DNA of 64,000 nucleotides, taken from positions 320,001 to 384,000 of the forward strand of contig CBDBCR010000001.1 of NCBI GenBank assembly GCA_965203465.1. Reading direction: 5' to 3'. Within the stretch, counting starts at the first letter, position 1; each line of letters starts with the position of its first letter. This document shows positions 42,059 through 51,718 of this stretch, in pieces. This DNA comes from Nitrosopumilaceae archaeon (lineage in GTDB: Archaea > Thermoproteota > Nitrososphaeria > Nitrososphaerales > Nitrosopumilaceae). The position numbers were made by a program, and so were the translations under genes. Below the pieces are notes generated by a model, which was not told the origin of the DNA, searched no databases, and was given only the letters and a program-made list of their open reading frames with translations.

Positions 42059-45000
42059 CAGAAGAGCCCATAAGGCGCGACATCATCGACAACGTGACCA
42101 AAGGCATAACGATGCAGAAGATGCTCAATTCGGAGATACCGCGGATCAAAAAGTTCGACATCTCCACGGGGTATTTCGACGTGGCGGGGTACGGCATGCT
42201 GCGCGGCGCGCTGGAGCCGGCAGCGCGCGACGGCTCTTTCGAGATGAGGATGCTCCTGGGCAAGGAGGCGCTGCTGCCGCCGGCCGGCTCTTTCGAGCGG
42301 TACGCCGAGCAGTACCGGCAGGCGCCGGGCGCGGATCCCGACCCGCAGGCGCCGCTAAAGTCGAGCCTCGACGAGGCGGACCTAAAGCCCGAGTCGCTTG
42401 CCAGCATATCGGGCCTCATAGAGCTGCTGGGGCGCCCCAACGTGCGGGTGCGGCTCGGCGCCAGCAGGTTCAACCACTCAAAGTGCTACATACTGGGGGA
42501 CAACTCGGCGTTCATCGGCTCTAGCAACTTCACGGCAGGCGGCATGGTGGGCAACTACGAGCTCAACGCCGGGCTGTACCAGCCGAGCGTCGCCGAGGCC
42601 GCCAGGAAGTGGTTCGACCGCATGTGGGACGCGGCCGAGGACGCAAAAGAGGACATGATCAGCGTCCTGAAAAAGTCAAAGTTCGGCATGCCGCCGGACC
42701 CGCACGAGGTGTACATGAAGATGCTCTACGAAAAGTTCGAGCCGTTCCTAAAGCGGGACGACCGGCCCAAGCGCAAGGACGTACAGCTGGCCTCGTTCCA
42801 GCGGGACGCCGTGAACACGGCCATGCACGTGATCTCCAACTACCGCGGCGCGATCATCGCGGATTCGACGGGGCTGGGCAAGACCAACATGGGGATCGAG
42901 ATAGTCCGGCAGAAGATCCTGGACGAGGGCAGAAAAGTAATGCTGGTGGCGCCGGCCCAGGTCCTGCGCGGCATGTGGGAGGACAAGCTAAAGGACGTCG
43001 ACATATCCGTCCGCCGCATGGTGACCATGGAGTCCCTCGGACGGGCGGACTTCCTGAAAGACGCCAAGCAGTACCGCAACATCGACTTTATCCTGATAGA
43101 CGAGTCGCAGAACTTCCGCTCAAAGACGGCCCAGCGGCGGCTCAACCTGATGAGCCTGCTGCACGTGGGCAAGCCGAAGCAGGTGCTGCTGCTCACGGCC
43201 ACCCCCATCAACAACTCGCTGATGGACCTGTACTACCAGCTCAGCATAGTGACCGCGGGGGACGACCAGTACTTTTGGGACACGGTCGGTATCACGGACC
43301 TGTACAAGCACATGCGCGACGCCACCAACAAGGACCTGCAGCGCGGGCTGGAAAAGATCCAGCAGCTGCTCGACAGCGTGATGATACGCCGGACGCGCTC
43401 GTTCATACGGCAGGTGTACCCGCACGACACCATAAACGGGCAGCCGATAAGGTTCCCCGAGCACGAATACAAGCCGATAAACTACGACCTGGCCGGCCTC
43501 TTCGGCAACGTATTCGAGCGCATCTTCAAGGACATGGGATCCCTCACCATGGCGCCGTACGGGATAGACAGGTACAACAAGTCGCTGCCCGAGGAAAAGA
43601 GAAAAGCCCACGGGACGCTTGCCCGACTGCAGGTGATCCTGCTGCTAAAGAGGTTCGAGTCGAGCGTGGAGGCGGTCCGCATAAGCCTCGGCAACAAGGT
43701 GCGCATGTACGAGCACGTCAGGAGGACGCTGCGCGGGGGCAGGATGCTCCGGGTCCGGGACTTTAACAGGGCGCTCGGCCAGTGGAGCAACCAGGAAATG
43801 GAGAGCGAGGGGGAGGGCGAGGAGGACAGGGAGGCGCAGCTCGTAGAGTCGGTCGAGGCGCTGGCCACCGAAGACGCGGGCGACTACGACACGAAGACCA
43901 TGCTGGCGGACATCGAGGCGGATTTGGAAAAAATGCGCAGCCTGCAAAAAGAGATAGGGCGCATCACGGTCGATACGAAGTTCGACGCTGTCGCCAGGTC
44001 CATACTGGAAGAGCGGGCGCTCGAGAAAGAGGGCGGCAAGGTGCTCGTGTTCACCGAATACACGGCGACCGCAAAGTACGTGCACAAAAAGCTAAAGGGG
44101 GTGTTCCCCGACAAGGAGATACTGCTGATACACGGGCGCACGGATCCGGACGACCGCAGGGAGCGCGTGCGGCGGTTCTCGCCCAAGGCCAACCTGCCAG
44201 AGGACGAAGACCTGGATGGGAAGGAGGCCGACATATTGGTGTCCACCGAGGTACTGGCCGAGGGGCAGAACCTGCAGGACTGCAACTACGTCGTGAACTA
44301 CGACCTGCCGTGGAATCCCATGAGGATAGTGCAGCGGACGGGCAGGATAGACAGGCTGACAACAAAGCACGAGACGGTCCACTCGCGCGCCTGCTTTCCG
44401 GACAAGCAGCTGAACGAAATACTAGAGCTGGTGGCCAAGCTGCTCTCCAAGCTAGACACGGCGGCCGCGGTCCTGGGCTCGGACGTGGTGATACTGGGCA
44501 GGATGCCAAGCTCCAAGATCTACGGCCAGCTGGACGAGGACCTGCGGGCGCTGGTGGGGGCCGACGGGGCCAAGAGCCGCAAGGTAGCCGAGCGCCTCGA
44601 GTCCGAGTCGGACATGATGGCCAGGACGCCGATCAACGAGATCATCGAGCACGTCAAGGAGATAGGGCTCGACGCCATGAGGGAGGTGCCCCTCGGGCGG
44701 CGCAGCGGCAAGCGGGGCGAGGGGCAGAAGGCTGTCTTGGCGTACCTGCAGGACGGGCGCGTCCGCAGGGTGCACTTTGTGATATACGACTATGCGGACG
44801 GCCGCGCCTACGTGCCGGATACGGACACCGAGGCGATCAGGCTGGCCTCGTGCGCGTCCGAGGCGCCCCTGCACCTGCCGATGGACGGAGAAGAGCACCG
44901 CGAATCGTTCGAGGAGCTGCTCCGCATAGACGGGCCGGCGCGGCGGGCCGTGCTCGACAGGGACAGGGAAGGCAGGAAAAAGGTGGCCGATCTGCAGCAA

Positions 45001-45381
45001 AGGAGGAAGCAGCACGACAAAAACACGTACGAGCTCGTATCGGCGCTGGTGGGGGCCGCCATGGACGGGCAGGTGACCCACGAGGAGGCCGACGGGGCGC
45101 GGCGCGTCCTAGAGTCGGCGCACATGAGATCCTGGCCCGCCAAGTCCCGGGAGTTTCTGGAAGAATACAAAAAGGGCGAGGATCCCGCGGCGCTGGCGGC
45201 CAAGATACGAAAGTTCGCGGACAGCATGTACTTTGAGGACGAGGGGGAGGCCCCTCCCCCGAAAGAGCAGGAGGCAAAGCTGAAACTGGTAGGGGCGATC
45301 TTTGTGATGGACGGGTTCGACCCCGGCTTGGGCCGAAAGGGGCTGGAAAAGTACCAGGGCGGCGCGCAAGATCCGGCCTGA
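42055..45381 (+). CDS. PLD-nuclease / SNF2-family helicase fusion
   Basis: HSKCYILGD..IGSSN (HKD motif), ADSTGLGKT, DESQ, TATP, AEGQNLQ, YDLPWNP, QRTGRIDR. Confidence 0.92.
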   Translation: MTEEPIRRDIIDNVTKGITMQKMLNSEIPRIKKFDISTGYFDVAGYGMLRGALEPAARDGSFEMRMLLGKEALLPPAGSFERYAEQYRQAPGADPDPQAPLKSSLDEADLKPESLASISGLIELLGRPNVRVRLGASRFNHSKCYILGDNSAFIGSSNFTAGGMVGNYELNAGLYQPSVAEAARKWFDRMWDAAEDAKEDMISVLKKSKFGMPPDPHEVYMKMLYEKFEPFLKRDDRPKRKDVQLASFQRDAVNTAMHVISNYRGAIIADSTGLGKTNMGIEIVRQKILDEGRKVMLVAPAQVLRGMWEDKLKDVDISVRRMVTMESLGRADFLKDAKQYRNIDFILIDESQNFRSKTAQRRLNLMSLLHVGKPKQVLLLTATPINNSLMDLYYQLSIVTAGDDQYFWDTVGITDLYKHMRDATNKDLQRGLEKIQQLLDSVMIRRTRSFIRQVYPHDTINGQPIRFPEHEYKPINYDLAGLFGNVFERIFKDMGSLTMAPYGIDRYNKSLPEEKRKAHGTLARLQVILLLKRFESSVEAVRISLGNKVRMYEHVRRTLRGGRMLRVRDFNRALGQWSNQEMESEGEGEEDREAQLVESVEALATEDAGDYDTKTMLADIEADLEKMRSLQKEIGRITVDTKFDAVARSILEERALEKEGGKVLVFTEYTATAKYVHKKLKGVFPDKEILLIHGRTDPDDRRERVRRFSPKANLPEDEDLDGKEADILVSTEVLAEGQNLQDCNYVVNYDLPWNPMRIVQRTGRIDRLTTKHETVHSRACFPDKQLNEILELVAKLLSKLDTAAAVLGSDVVILGRMPSSKIYGQLDEDLRALVGADGAKSRKVAERLESESDMMARTPINEIIEHVKEIGLDAMREVPLGRRSGKRGEGQKAVLAYLQDGRVRRVHFVIYDYADGRAYVPDTDTEAIRLASCASEAPLHLPMDGEEHRESFEELLRIDGPARRAVLDRDREGRKKVADLQQRRKQHDKNTYELVSALVGAAMDGQVTHEEADGARRVLESAHMRSWPAKSREFLEEYKKGEDPAALAAKIRKFADSMYFEDEGEAPPPKEQEAKLKLVGAIFVMDGFDPGLGRKGLEKYQGGAQDPA

Positions 45382-45412
45382 CTCCCGGGCCGGGCCGCGA
45401 TTGCGCGCGCCA

Positions 45413-46231
45413 CTACAGCAGGATCCTCGTCTCCGCCTCCAGGCAGAACGCCAGGGGCATGCCGCGGCCCACCGACTTGCCGCGGGCAGAGCACCTGTGC
45501 GAGTATTTCACGGGCGCCGACTTTCCCGCGTCTCTTATGGAATCGCCGTCGTAATTGAGTATGGCGCCATCGAGCGCGCCGGCGAACCTGGCGGCCACGC
45601 CCCGGTCAGCGGTGAGCGAGGCAAAGTGGTAGTTGACGTTCTTCGGGACGCTGTTTTTCTTCTCTACGACGTCTGTCAGCTCCGCGACGGTCGCGCAGCA
45701 GCAAAACAGCGGCGCGCCCAGATAGTCCCGCATGTTCTTGGCCGTCGCCTTGTCCGAGAGCCGCCGCAGCTCGCCGTCGATTTCCCGAAACTCCGGCTTG
45801 CGGCAGGCCTCGTCCCACGCCTCTTCGAGCGCCGACTGCCCCGTGTCCGCGCCCGTCAGGGCGCGCGACAGGCTAGGCTCCATGCCGTGCCTGCGCTCTA
45901 GGTCGCTTATCCGGTAGTGCACGTCCGAGAGCACCTCCCGCAGGCGGCCCTCCCTCTCCTTCAGATCCCTGGCCGCCCCCCTGATCCGGGCGGACTCGTC
46001 CCCTTCGTCCGGGGGCGCGCCGCCGGCCAGCGCCGCGTCCACGGCCTCGGAGAGCTCCCGGTCGGTCATGAACCTTGCCGGCCTGGGCGGCGCCTTGTAC
46101 TCTGGCGAGCTCCCCGCGGCGAGCACCGCCTTTTCCGCGTCTTCGCGGGTCAGGTTAGCCCAGCGCGTCATCGCGTCTACGGCGTTCGGGCCGCCGTAGC
46201 CTTCGAGCACCGGTTTCGCGTCGAAACCCAC
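45413..46231 (-). CDS. Protein with conserved small N-terminal module and C-terminal degenerate ADP-ribosyltransferase-like domain
   Basis: LFCCCATVAEL / FASLT / LEAETRI align by eye with LWRGASWEEL / YKALS / DETECRI of 48891-49595. Confidence 0.55.
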   Translation of the reverse strand: MGFDAKPVLEGYGGPNAVDAMTRWANLTREDAEKAVLAAGSSPEYKAPPRPARFMTDRELSEAVDAALAGGAPPDEGDESARIRGAARDLKEREGRLREVLSDVHYRISDLERRHGMEPSLSRALTGADTGQSALEEAWDEACRKPEFREIDGELRRLSDKATAKNMRDYLGAPLFCCCATVAELTDVVEKKNSVPKNVNYHFASLTADRGVAARFAGALDGAILNYDGDSIRDAGKSAPVKYSHRCSARGKSVGRGMPLAFCLEAETRILL

Positions 46232-46361
46232 GCCGCCGCGCGCGGCGCGCCCTTTTTGTGCCCTCCTGCCCGGGCGGTATCGTGCGCCCAGCCGCCCGCC
46301 GGCGGCAAGAATTGCCCCCTGCCAAAGCCGCGCCGCCGACCCGCGCCCGGCCGATCCAAAG

Positions 46362-46876
46362 TCACCCGTCGCATTCTATCAGGCCGGCGCCCTCCAAGTC
46401 GCGCAGGGTCGCGTCTATGAACTCGCGCGTGAAACCGACTTTGGAAAATTCCGTGTTGCTCACGATGTGGCTCCTTTTCGACATGCTTTTCCTCTTGGAC
46501 AGCAGCGTGGTCGCTATCTCCAGCCAGTCGTTGCTCCTGCCCCGGACGAAGTCGAGGAACTCGCCGCTGCGGAACTCTTGCGGCAGCTCGGCCCGGGCCT
46601 CGCGGTACCGCCCGGGGTTTTCCTCCAGATCGTAGCACTCGGTCGCTAGGGCTCTGGAACTCGGCCCCCACAGGTAAATGTCGTGCTCGTACGGCAGGTC
46701 CAGCCCGAAGCGCTTGGCCAAAGGGTCGCGTCTAACGCGTACTTTTGGATCTTGAACCTGTTCCAAAAGTGGAAGTCGTCCCCGCCCCGTATCTTGAACT
46801 CGGCCAAGTTCTCCCTCTCCAAGTACTTTATGAACTGGGGGAGCATCGACTCGCCGGTCATTACCGTGCCGCTCAT
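46362..46876 (-). pseudogene. Panacea/SocA (DUF4065)- or YwgA-like antitoxin-type gene disrupted by an 11-nt insertion
   Basis: Removing AGACGCGACCC gives NRFKIQKYAFLAKRFGLDLPYEHDIYLWGPSSRAL..WLEIATTL, matching the R.K.QK..YL..Y..Y.YGP.S pattern. Confidence 0.7.
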
Positions 46877-46963
46877 CGGCCGCCTTGCCGGCGGGGGCGG
46901 TTAAATTCCTTGCCTGACCGGCCGGCTTTAACAATTTTATACGGCCCGCGGGGGGCGCGGCCC

Positions 46964-48118
46964 GTGGAGACGGTCTGCGTGCTCGGCGCCGGCAGCACGA
47001 AGTACGGCAAGCTCGACGGGGGCATAGCCGACATCACCGTGCAGGCCTCGGCCTCGGCCATAGAGAGCGCCGGCATAGAGCCCAAGGAGATAGGGGCCGG
47101 CTACATATCCAACGTCTTCGGCATAGCCGACAAGCAGGTGCACCTCGGGCCGGTGGTCATGAGCGGCCTCGGGGTGCCCGAAAAGCCCTCGCTGTCCATA
47201 GAGTCGGCGTGCGGCAGCGGCTCGGTCTCGTTCCGCGAGGCGTTCGCCAACGTGCGCGCTGGGTTCTACGACGCGGTGCTGGTCACCGGCGTCGAAAAGG
47301 TCACCCACACGGGGACCGAGTGGACGACCACGTACTTTTCGTACTGCTCGGACTTTTTCTACGAGGGCAGGGCAGGCGCCTCGTTCCCCGGCCTGTTCGC
47401 CTCCATGGCCAGGGCGTACCTCGACGAGTTCGGGGCCACCGAGGAGCAGCTGGCCCACATCGCCGTAAAGAACCACGACAACGGCGCCGAGAACCCAAAG
47501 GCGCACCTGCGCAAAAAGATAACCGTAGACGACGTCATGGGCTCGGCCGTGGTGGCAAGCCCCCTGAAACTGTACGACTGCTGCCCCTTTTCGGACGGGG
47601 CCAGCTCCGTGGTGCTGTGCAGCGAGAGGTTCGCGCGCGAGCATTCAAAGGACTACGTGAGGGTGACCGGCTCGGGGAGGGGCGGCTCGCCGGCGGCCCT
47701 GCAGGGCAGGGAGAGCATGACGACCATACCGAGCACCCGGATAGCGGCCAAAGAGGCCTACAAGATGGCCGGCATATCGCCAAAGGACGTAGACTTTGCC
47801 GAGGTCCACGACTGCTTTACGATAGCCGAGGCAGTCGACACCGAGGACTTGGGCTTTTTCGAAAAGGGCGAGGGCGCAAAGGCGGCCGCCGAGGGGCGCA
47901 CGAGGCTCAACTCCGAAATATCCGTAAACCCGTCCGGCGGCCTCAAGTCGAAGGGGCACCCCATCGGGGCCACCGGCGTGGGGCAGGTCGTGGAGGTCTT
48001 TGAGCAGTTCACCGGCAGGGCGGGCGGGCGCGCCGTAAAGGACGCGCGCGTCGGGCTCACGCACAACTTCGGGGCCACCGGCGCAAGCTGCGCGGTCCAC
48101 GTGTTCCAGGGGGCCTAG
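46964..48118 (+). CDS. Archaeal thiolase (acetyl-CoA acetyltransferase family)
   Basis: ESACGSG, KNH..NPKAH, CCPFSDGA, EVHDCF, KGHPIGATG; TTTTATA at about 46935. Confidence 0.93.
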   Translation: METVCVLGAGSTKYGKLDGGIADITVQASASAIESAGIEPKEIGAGYISNVFGIADKQVHLGPVVMSGLGVPEKPSLSIESACGSGSVSFREAFANVRAGFYDAVLVTGVEKVTHTGTEWTTTYFSYCSDFFYEGRAGASFPGLFASMARAYLDEFGATEEQLAHIAVKNHDNGAENPKAHLRKKITVDDVMGSAVVASPLKLYDCCPFSDGASSVVLCSERFAREHSKDYVRVTGSGRGGSPAALQGRESMTTIPSTRIAAKEAYKMAGISPKDVDFAEVHDCFTIAEAVDTEDLGFFEKGEGAKAAAEGRTRLNSEISVNPSGGLKSKGHPIGATGVGQVVEVFEQFTGRAGGRAVKDARVGLTHNFGATGASCAVHVFQGA

Positions 48119-48478
48119 ATGGCCGGCGGGCGCTTCGAGGAGGAGGCGCGGCGCGGCATGGTGCTGGCCCGCCGGTGCTCCTCGTGCTCGCGCCTCTCGC
48201 TTTCCACCTCGCGCTACTGCGCCTGCGGCTCGGCCTCTTTCGAGGAGGTTCCGGTGGAGGGCAGGGGGGCCATATCGACGTACACCATAATCACCGTGCC
48301 CCCCGAGGGCTTTGAGGAGCACGTGCCGTACGCGTGGGCCGTGATGAGCCTGGACGGCACCGACCTGAGGATATCTGGGTTCATGGCCTCGATAGCCTCG
48401 CCCGACCAGCTGCCCGTGGGCTCGCGTGCCCGCGTGGCCGGCTTTGACGGGCGCGGGCTGGTGCTAGAGAGGGCCTGA
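48119..48478 (+). CDS. DUF35 Zn-ribbon/OB-fold thiolase partner
   Basis: CSSC..YCACG, G.ISTYTII..PPEGF..VPY; abuts the thiolase gene. Confidence 0.9.
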   Translation: MAGGRFEEEARRGMVLARRCSSCSRLSLSTSRYCACGSASFEEVPVEGRGAISTYTIITVPPEGFEEHVPYAWAVMSLDGTDLRISGFMASIASPDQLPVGSRARVAGFDGRGLVLERA

Positions 48479-48546
48479 TCCGGGGCCCGGGGGCAGGGCT
48501 TGCCCCGTCCGCACTGTTTATACACTGCAAACCCGGTGTACATGGC

Positions 48547-48861
48547 ATGCAGAAAGCCGTCTCTTACGGGGAGTTCCTCGAGGAGTGGAAAAGAGAATCC
48601 GAAAAGTGGGCCGGGGGCATCTTTACGTCGCTTCCCATACACGCCCCCGAGATCCACGGCGATCTAAAGGAGGACGCCGTCGAAGACATAATGCGAGTCG
48701 TGTGGTTCCGGGTAGGCAAGTACATGACGGACGAGGAAAGGGGCAGAGCTTTGCGCGCCAACTTGGACGAGATCAAAAGATACACCTCCGAGCTGGTGGA
48801 CAGGACGGTAGCGGAAAGGTGGGAGCGCGTGCAGTCGGTCTCCAACCAGCGCATACATTAG
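48547..48861 (+). CDS. Small helical hypothetical protein, paralog 1 of 3
   Basis: YGEFLEEWK..SLPIxAPEIHGDLKE..EDIMRVVW; TTTATA begins 30 bp before the ATG. Confidence 0.8.
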   Translation: MQKAVSYGEFLEEWKRESEKWAGGIFTSLPIHAPEIHGDLKEDAVEDIMRVVWFRVGKYMTDEERGRALRANLDEIKRYTSELVDRTVAERWERVQSVSNQRIH

Positions 48862-48890
48862 CACGCTCGATGGCAAGTCGGAGCGCCGTC

Positions 48891-49595
48891 TTACATATCG
48901 GTCCCAAGAGGCGGTTTCTCCACCCTTACATGTATCGTGGTGTTGCGTGGAACACGCGTGCGGTCCGGTATCCTGCACTCCGTCTCATCGGCGTGCCTTA
49001 TCTCCTTGGCATCGCCGATCCGCTCTTCGAATGGTTGCAACGGCCTGGGCAGGGCGGTATAGGTGGCTAGCTTGACCGCGCGGCGGATGGCGTCGTTGAT
49101 CGGCACTTTTATGACCAACTCGCGATCGTTACAATACTCGTTCCGCCACATGCTCAACGCCTTGTAGCCGCGGCGCCCCCCGTCTTTCTCTATCCGGCTC
49201 TCAAAAGCTCCGTTCTTGTAGCCTTCAAGCTCTTCCCAGCTTGCACCGCGCCAGAGTACATCGCACTGTGCAAACTGCTCTCTAAATACGTGTGTCAGTG
49301 CTCTGGCCCGCCCCTCTGCTTCGATGACCGAGTCAAACTTTGCGCGATCCTTGCGCTTGAGCCCATTCATGTACAGCAAGTCCGCCTCGTACCATTTTTT
49401 GCCTTTTACCGCCAACCAGTACTGGTTGGCTTCTGATGTTTCTATCAGGATCAATTCGGGATCCTCTGCTAGTCGAGCGTATTTTTCTACCACCTCTTTT
49501 ACAATTTGGCGTATTCCATTCCCCGCGTCCATCTTGGCGCGCAGCTCGCGCAACGGCCCGTCCACATCCACGCCGTCCAGCGGCGACTCACCCAT
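48891..49595 (-). CDS. Putative ADP-ribosyltransferase-fold protein
   Basis: LWRG ... KALS ... DETE in R-S-ExE order; AT-richer than the flanks; start inferred at MGESPL (49595). Confidence 0.55.
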   Translation of the reverse strand: MGESPLDGVDVDGPLRELRAKMDAGNGIRQIVKEVVEKYARLAEDPELILIETSEANQYWLAVKGKKWYEADLLYMNGLKRKDRAKFDSVIEAEGRARALTHVFREQFAQCDVLWRGASWEELEGYKNGAFESRIEKDGGRRGYKALSMWRNEYCNDRELVIKVPINDAIRRAVKLATYTALPRPLQPFEERIGDAKEIRHADETECRIPDRTRVPRNTTIHVRVEKPPLGTDM

Positions 49596-49985
49596 GCCGT
49601 CTCGCCCCCGGCGCCGCAGACATGTACGAACCCCCCGACACGGCCCGAGCCTGATGCACCCGAGCCCTATTTCCGACCGAAGACGCGAGGCCCACGAGAG
49701 CGCAGGTTCTGTATGCTCGGCTGCCCGCCGTCGTGAACATGAGCCGTCGCGCGCTAGGGTACCTGAGATGTACCCGGACGGGCACCTCCACACCAAACGC
49801 CGATCCGTCAAGATTCGCCCGCTGCGCTTCTGTCCAACTATGCTTTCGCATGGATCAAGCCCGCAGAGCCGTACCTATTAAACACCACTGATTTATGCCA
49901 CCTTCCCTGTGCCTGTTGCCAGCCGCGGGCCGCAGCATTCGCCCGATCCACTCTGTTTATACACCGCAAATCCGGCGCACGGGGC

Positions 49986-50288
49986 ATGCAGAAAGCCGTG
50001 CCTTACGGGGAGTTCCTCGAGGAGTGGAAAAAAGTGTCCGCAAAGTGCGCTGAGGGCATCTACATGTCGCTTCCGATAAACGCCCCCGAGATCCACGGCG
50101 ATCTAAAAGAGGAAGCGATCGAGGACATCATGCGGGTCGTGTGGTACCGCGTGGGAAAGGGCATGACCGACGACGAAAAGTACAAAGCACTGCGGCCCAA
50201 CCTCGACGAGATCAAAAAATTCACCTCCGAGCTGGTCGACAGGACGGTGGCAGATGTCTGGGCGCGGCGGCCTTCCGCCGTGCGATAG
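49986..50288 (+). CDS. Small helical hypothetical protein, paralog 2 of 3
   Basis: Highly similar to 48547-48861, including the promoter (TTTATA at 49956). Confidence 0.8.
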   Translation: MQKAVPYGEFLEEWKKVSAKCAEGIYMSLPINAPEIHGDLKEEAIEDIMRVVWYRVGKGMTDDEKYKALRPNLDEIKKFTSELVDRTVADVWARRPSAVR

Positions 50289-50410
50289 AGCCGCCGGCCG
50301 GGGCGCGGGTTCCTACCGGTGCCCGCACAGGGGTGCCGCCTGACGGGCGAAGGAGCGCAAAATCTGCCCGCTCTGGGGTGTTTATACGCCCTACGCACCG
50401 CGCAAAGGGC

Positions 50411-50709
50411 GTGCAAGTCCGGCCTTACGGGAAGTTCGTTGAAGAGTGGAAAAAAGAGTCCGCAAAGTGCGCAGGGGCATCTACATGTCGCTCCCGATAG
50501 AAGGCCCCGAGATCCACGGCGCTCTAAAGGAGGAAGCCATCGAGGACATCATGCGGGTCGTGTGGTTCCGTGTAGGAGAAGATATGCCAGTCGACGAAAG
50601 GCGCGAAGCAGTGCGCGCCAACTTTGACGAGCTCAAGAGGCACACTTCCGAGTTGGTAGACAGGACGGTGGCGGAAACGTGGGCGAGACTGCCTGCCTCC
50701 GGAAAATAG
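50411..50709 (+). pseudogene. Paralog 3 of 3, frameshifted at GGGG (50474-50477)
   Basis: GTG start MQVRPYGKFVEEWKKESAKCA, then a shift into GIYMSLPIEGPEIHG; one extra G restores the frame; TTTATA at 50381. Confidence 0.75.
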
Positions 50710-50946
50710 GGCCGCCGGCCGGAAGTCTGCTCGCCCGACTCCATGCCGGCGCCCACGCGAGTGCGCCGCCTGCCCGGCACGGCAGCGGACATCCTCGCCC
50801 CGTTCGCACACAAACCCCCACAGACGCCACGCGCAATCCGGGCACTCGCCCGCGCGCTGCCCTCGCACAGCTGCTGCCGACGTTGACGTGCGTGTACGCG
50901 ATCGCGCTGATTCTTTACACCCGCAGTTGGCAAAAACCGAGCTGCG

Positions 50947-51195
50947 CTATTGTGAAGAACCGCCACTCAGGTCGTGTCCTGCCCGCAGCGAAAACTTCCG
51001 ACCGCCCAGTTGCAAGAATACGGAGCAGTTCATTCTTGCCGCAAAGCGGAGATTTGGAATCCGGCACCACAGGGCACACGCCAAACCCACGATCAAGAAG
51101 GCCAAGCTCTCGGTGACCCCATCGACGGGCGGGACGATGCCGACGGCAAGCATCAACTCCCAGACTAGGACGACCAGACTCTCGACGCTTGTCAT
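50947..51195 (-). CDS. Possible small membrane protein
   Basis: Two hydrophobic segments; a TTTTAAA lies about 30 bp upstream on the minus strand; no family recognised. Confidence 0.35.
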   Translation of the reverse strand: MTSVESLVVLVWELMLAVGIVPPVDGVTESLAFLIVGLACALWCRIPNLRFAARMNCSVFLQLGGRKFSLRAGHDLSGGSSQ

Positions 51196-51521
51196 TTTAT
51201 TGCGGGGCAAGTGGGGCGCGTGGTTTAAAAGAAGTAACGCGACCCTGACATACCCTCCGTAGGCACGCTCACGCACGATTCCGATACACACGCGTCATAG
51301 CGTAGCCCGGCACGCATGCCGGCCGCAGGCGAGCTCGCGCGCGATCGCGCAAGCCGCCGTCGCGGCGCTGGCCTGACCCAAGTCCGGGAAATGCAAGATC
51401 CACGATCGTCCGCCTCGCCGGGCGCCAATCCAGCGCCCGGGTCTGCGGGGCCACCTAGGGCCCCGCCAAGAGCCCTTCGGTGCCGTTTATTTACCCGCGC
51501 ATCCGGGCCCGCCCCGTGTCC

Positions 51522-51680
51522 ATGGAGATAGTCTGCGGCAAGTGCGGGGCGCGCATAACGCAGATGAAGATGCTAAAGCCGCTGCGCGGCGTCGTCGGGC
51601 AGTTCGACGGCAAGTGCCCGTCGTGCGGCCAGCCCCTCTCGCCGTCCGAGTTCTCGTTCGACGTCGAGGATCCGGCCTGA
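51522..51680 (+). CDS. Small Zn-ribbon protein
   Basis: CGKCG..CPSCG; directly upstream of the RNR-related genes. Confidence 0.7.
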   Translation: MEIVCGKCGARITQMKMLKPLRGVVGQFDGKCPSCGQPLSPSEFSFDVEDPA

Positions 51681-51718
51681 CACAATTCTTATTTACCTCG
51701 TAGTTTTCCGCCCGCTCC

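Noticed and set aside
48547-50709. Diversity-generating retroelement (template/variable repeat) explanation for the triplicated ORFs
   Set aside because: No reverse transcriptase in the window. Differences are spread over whole genes and promoters, often at synonymous sites, and do not look adenine-specific.
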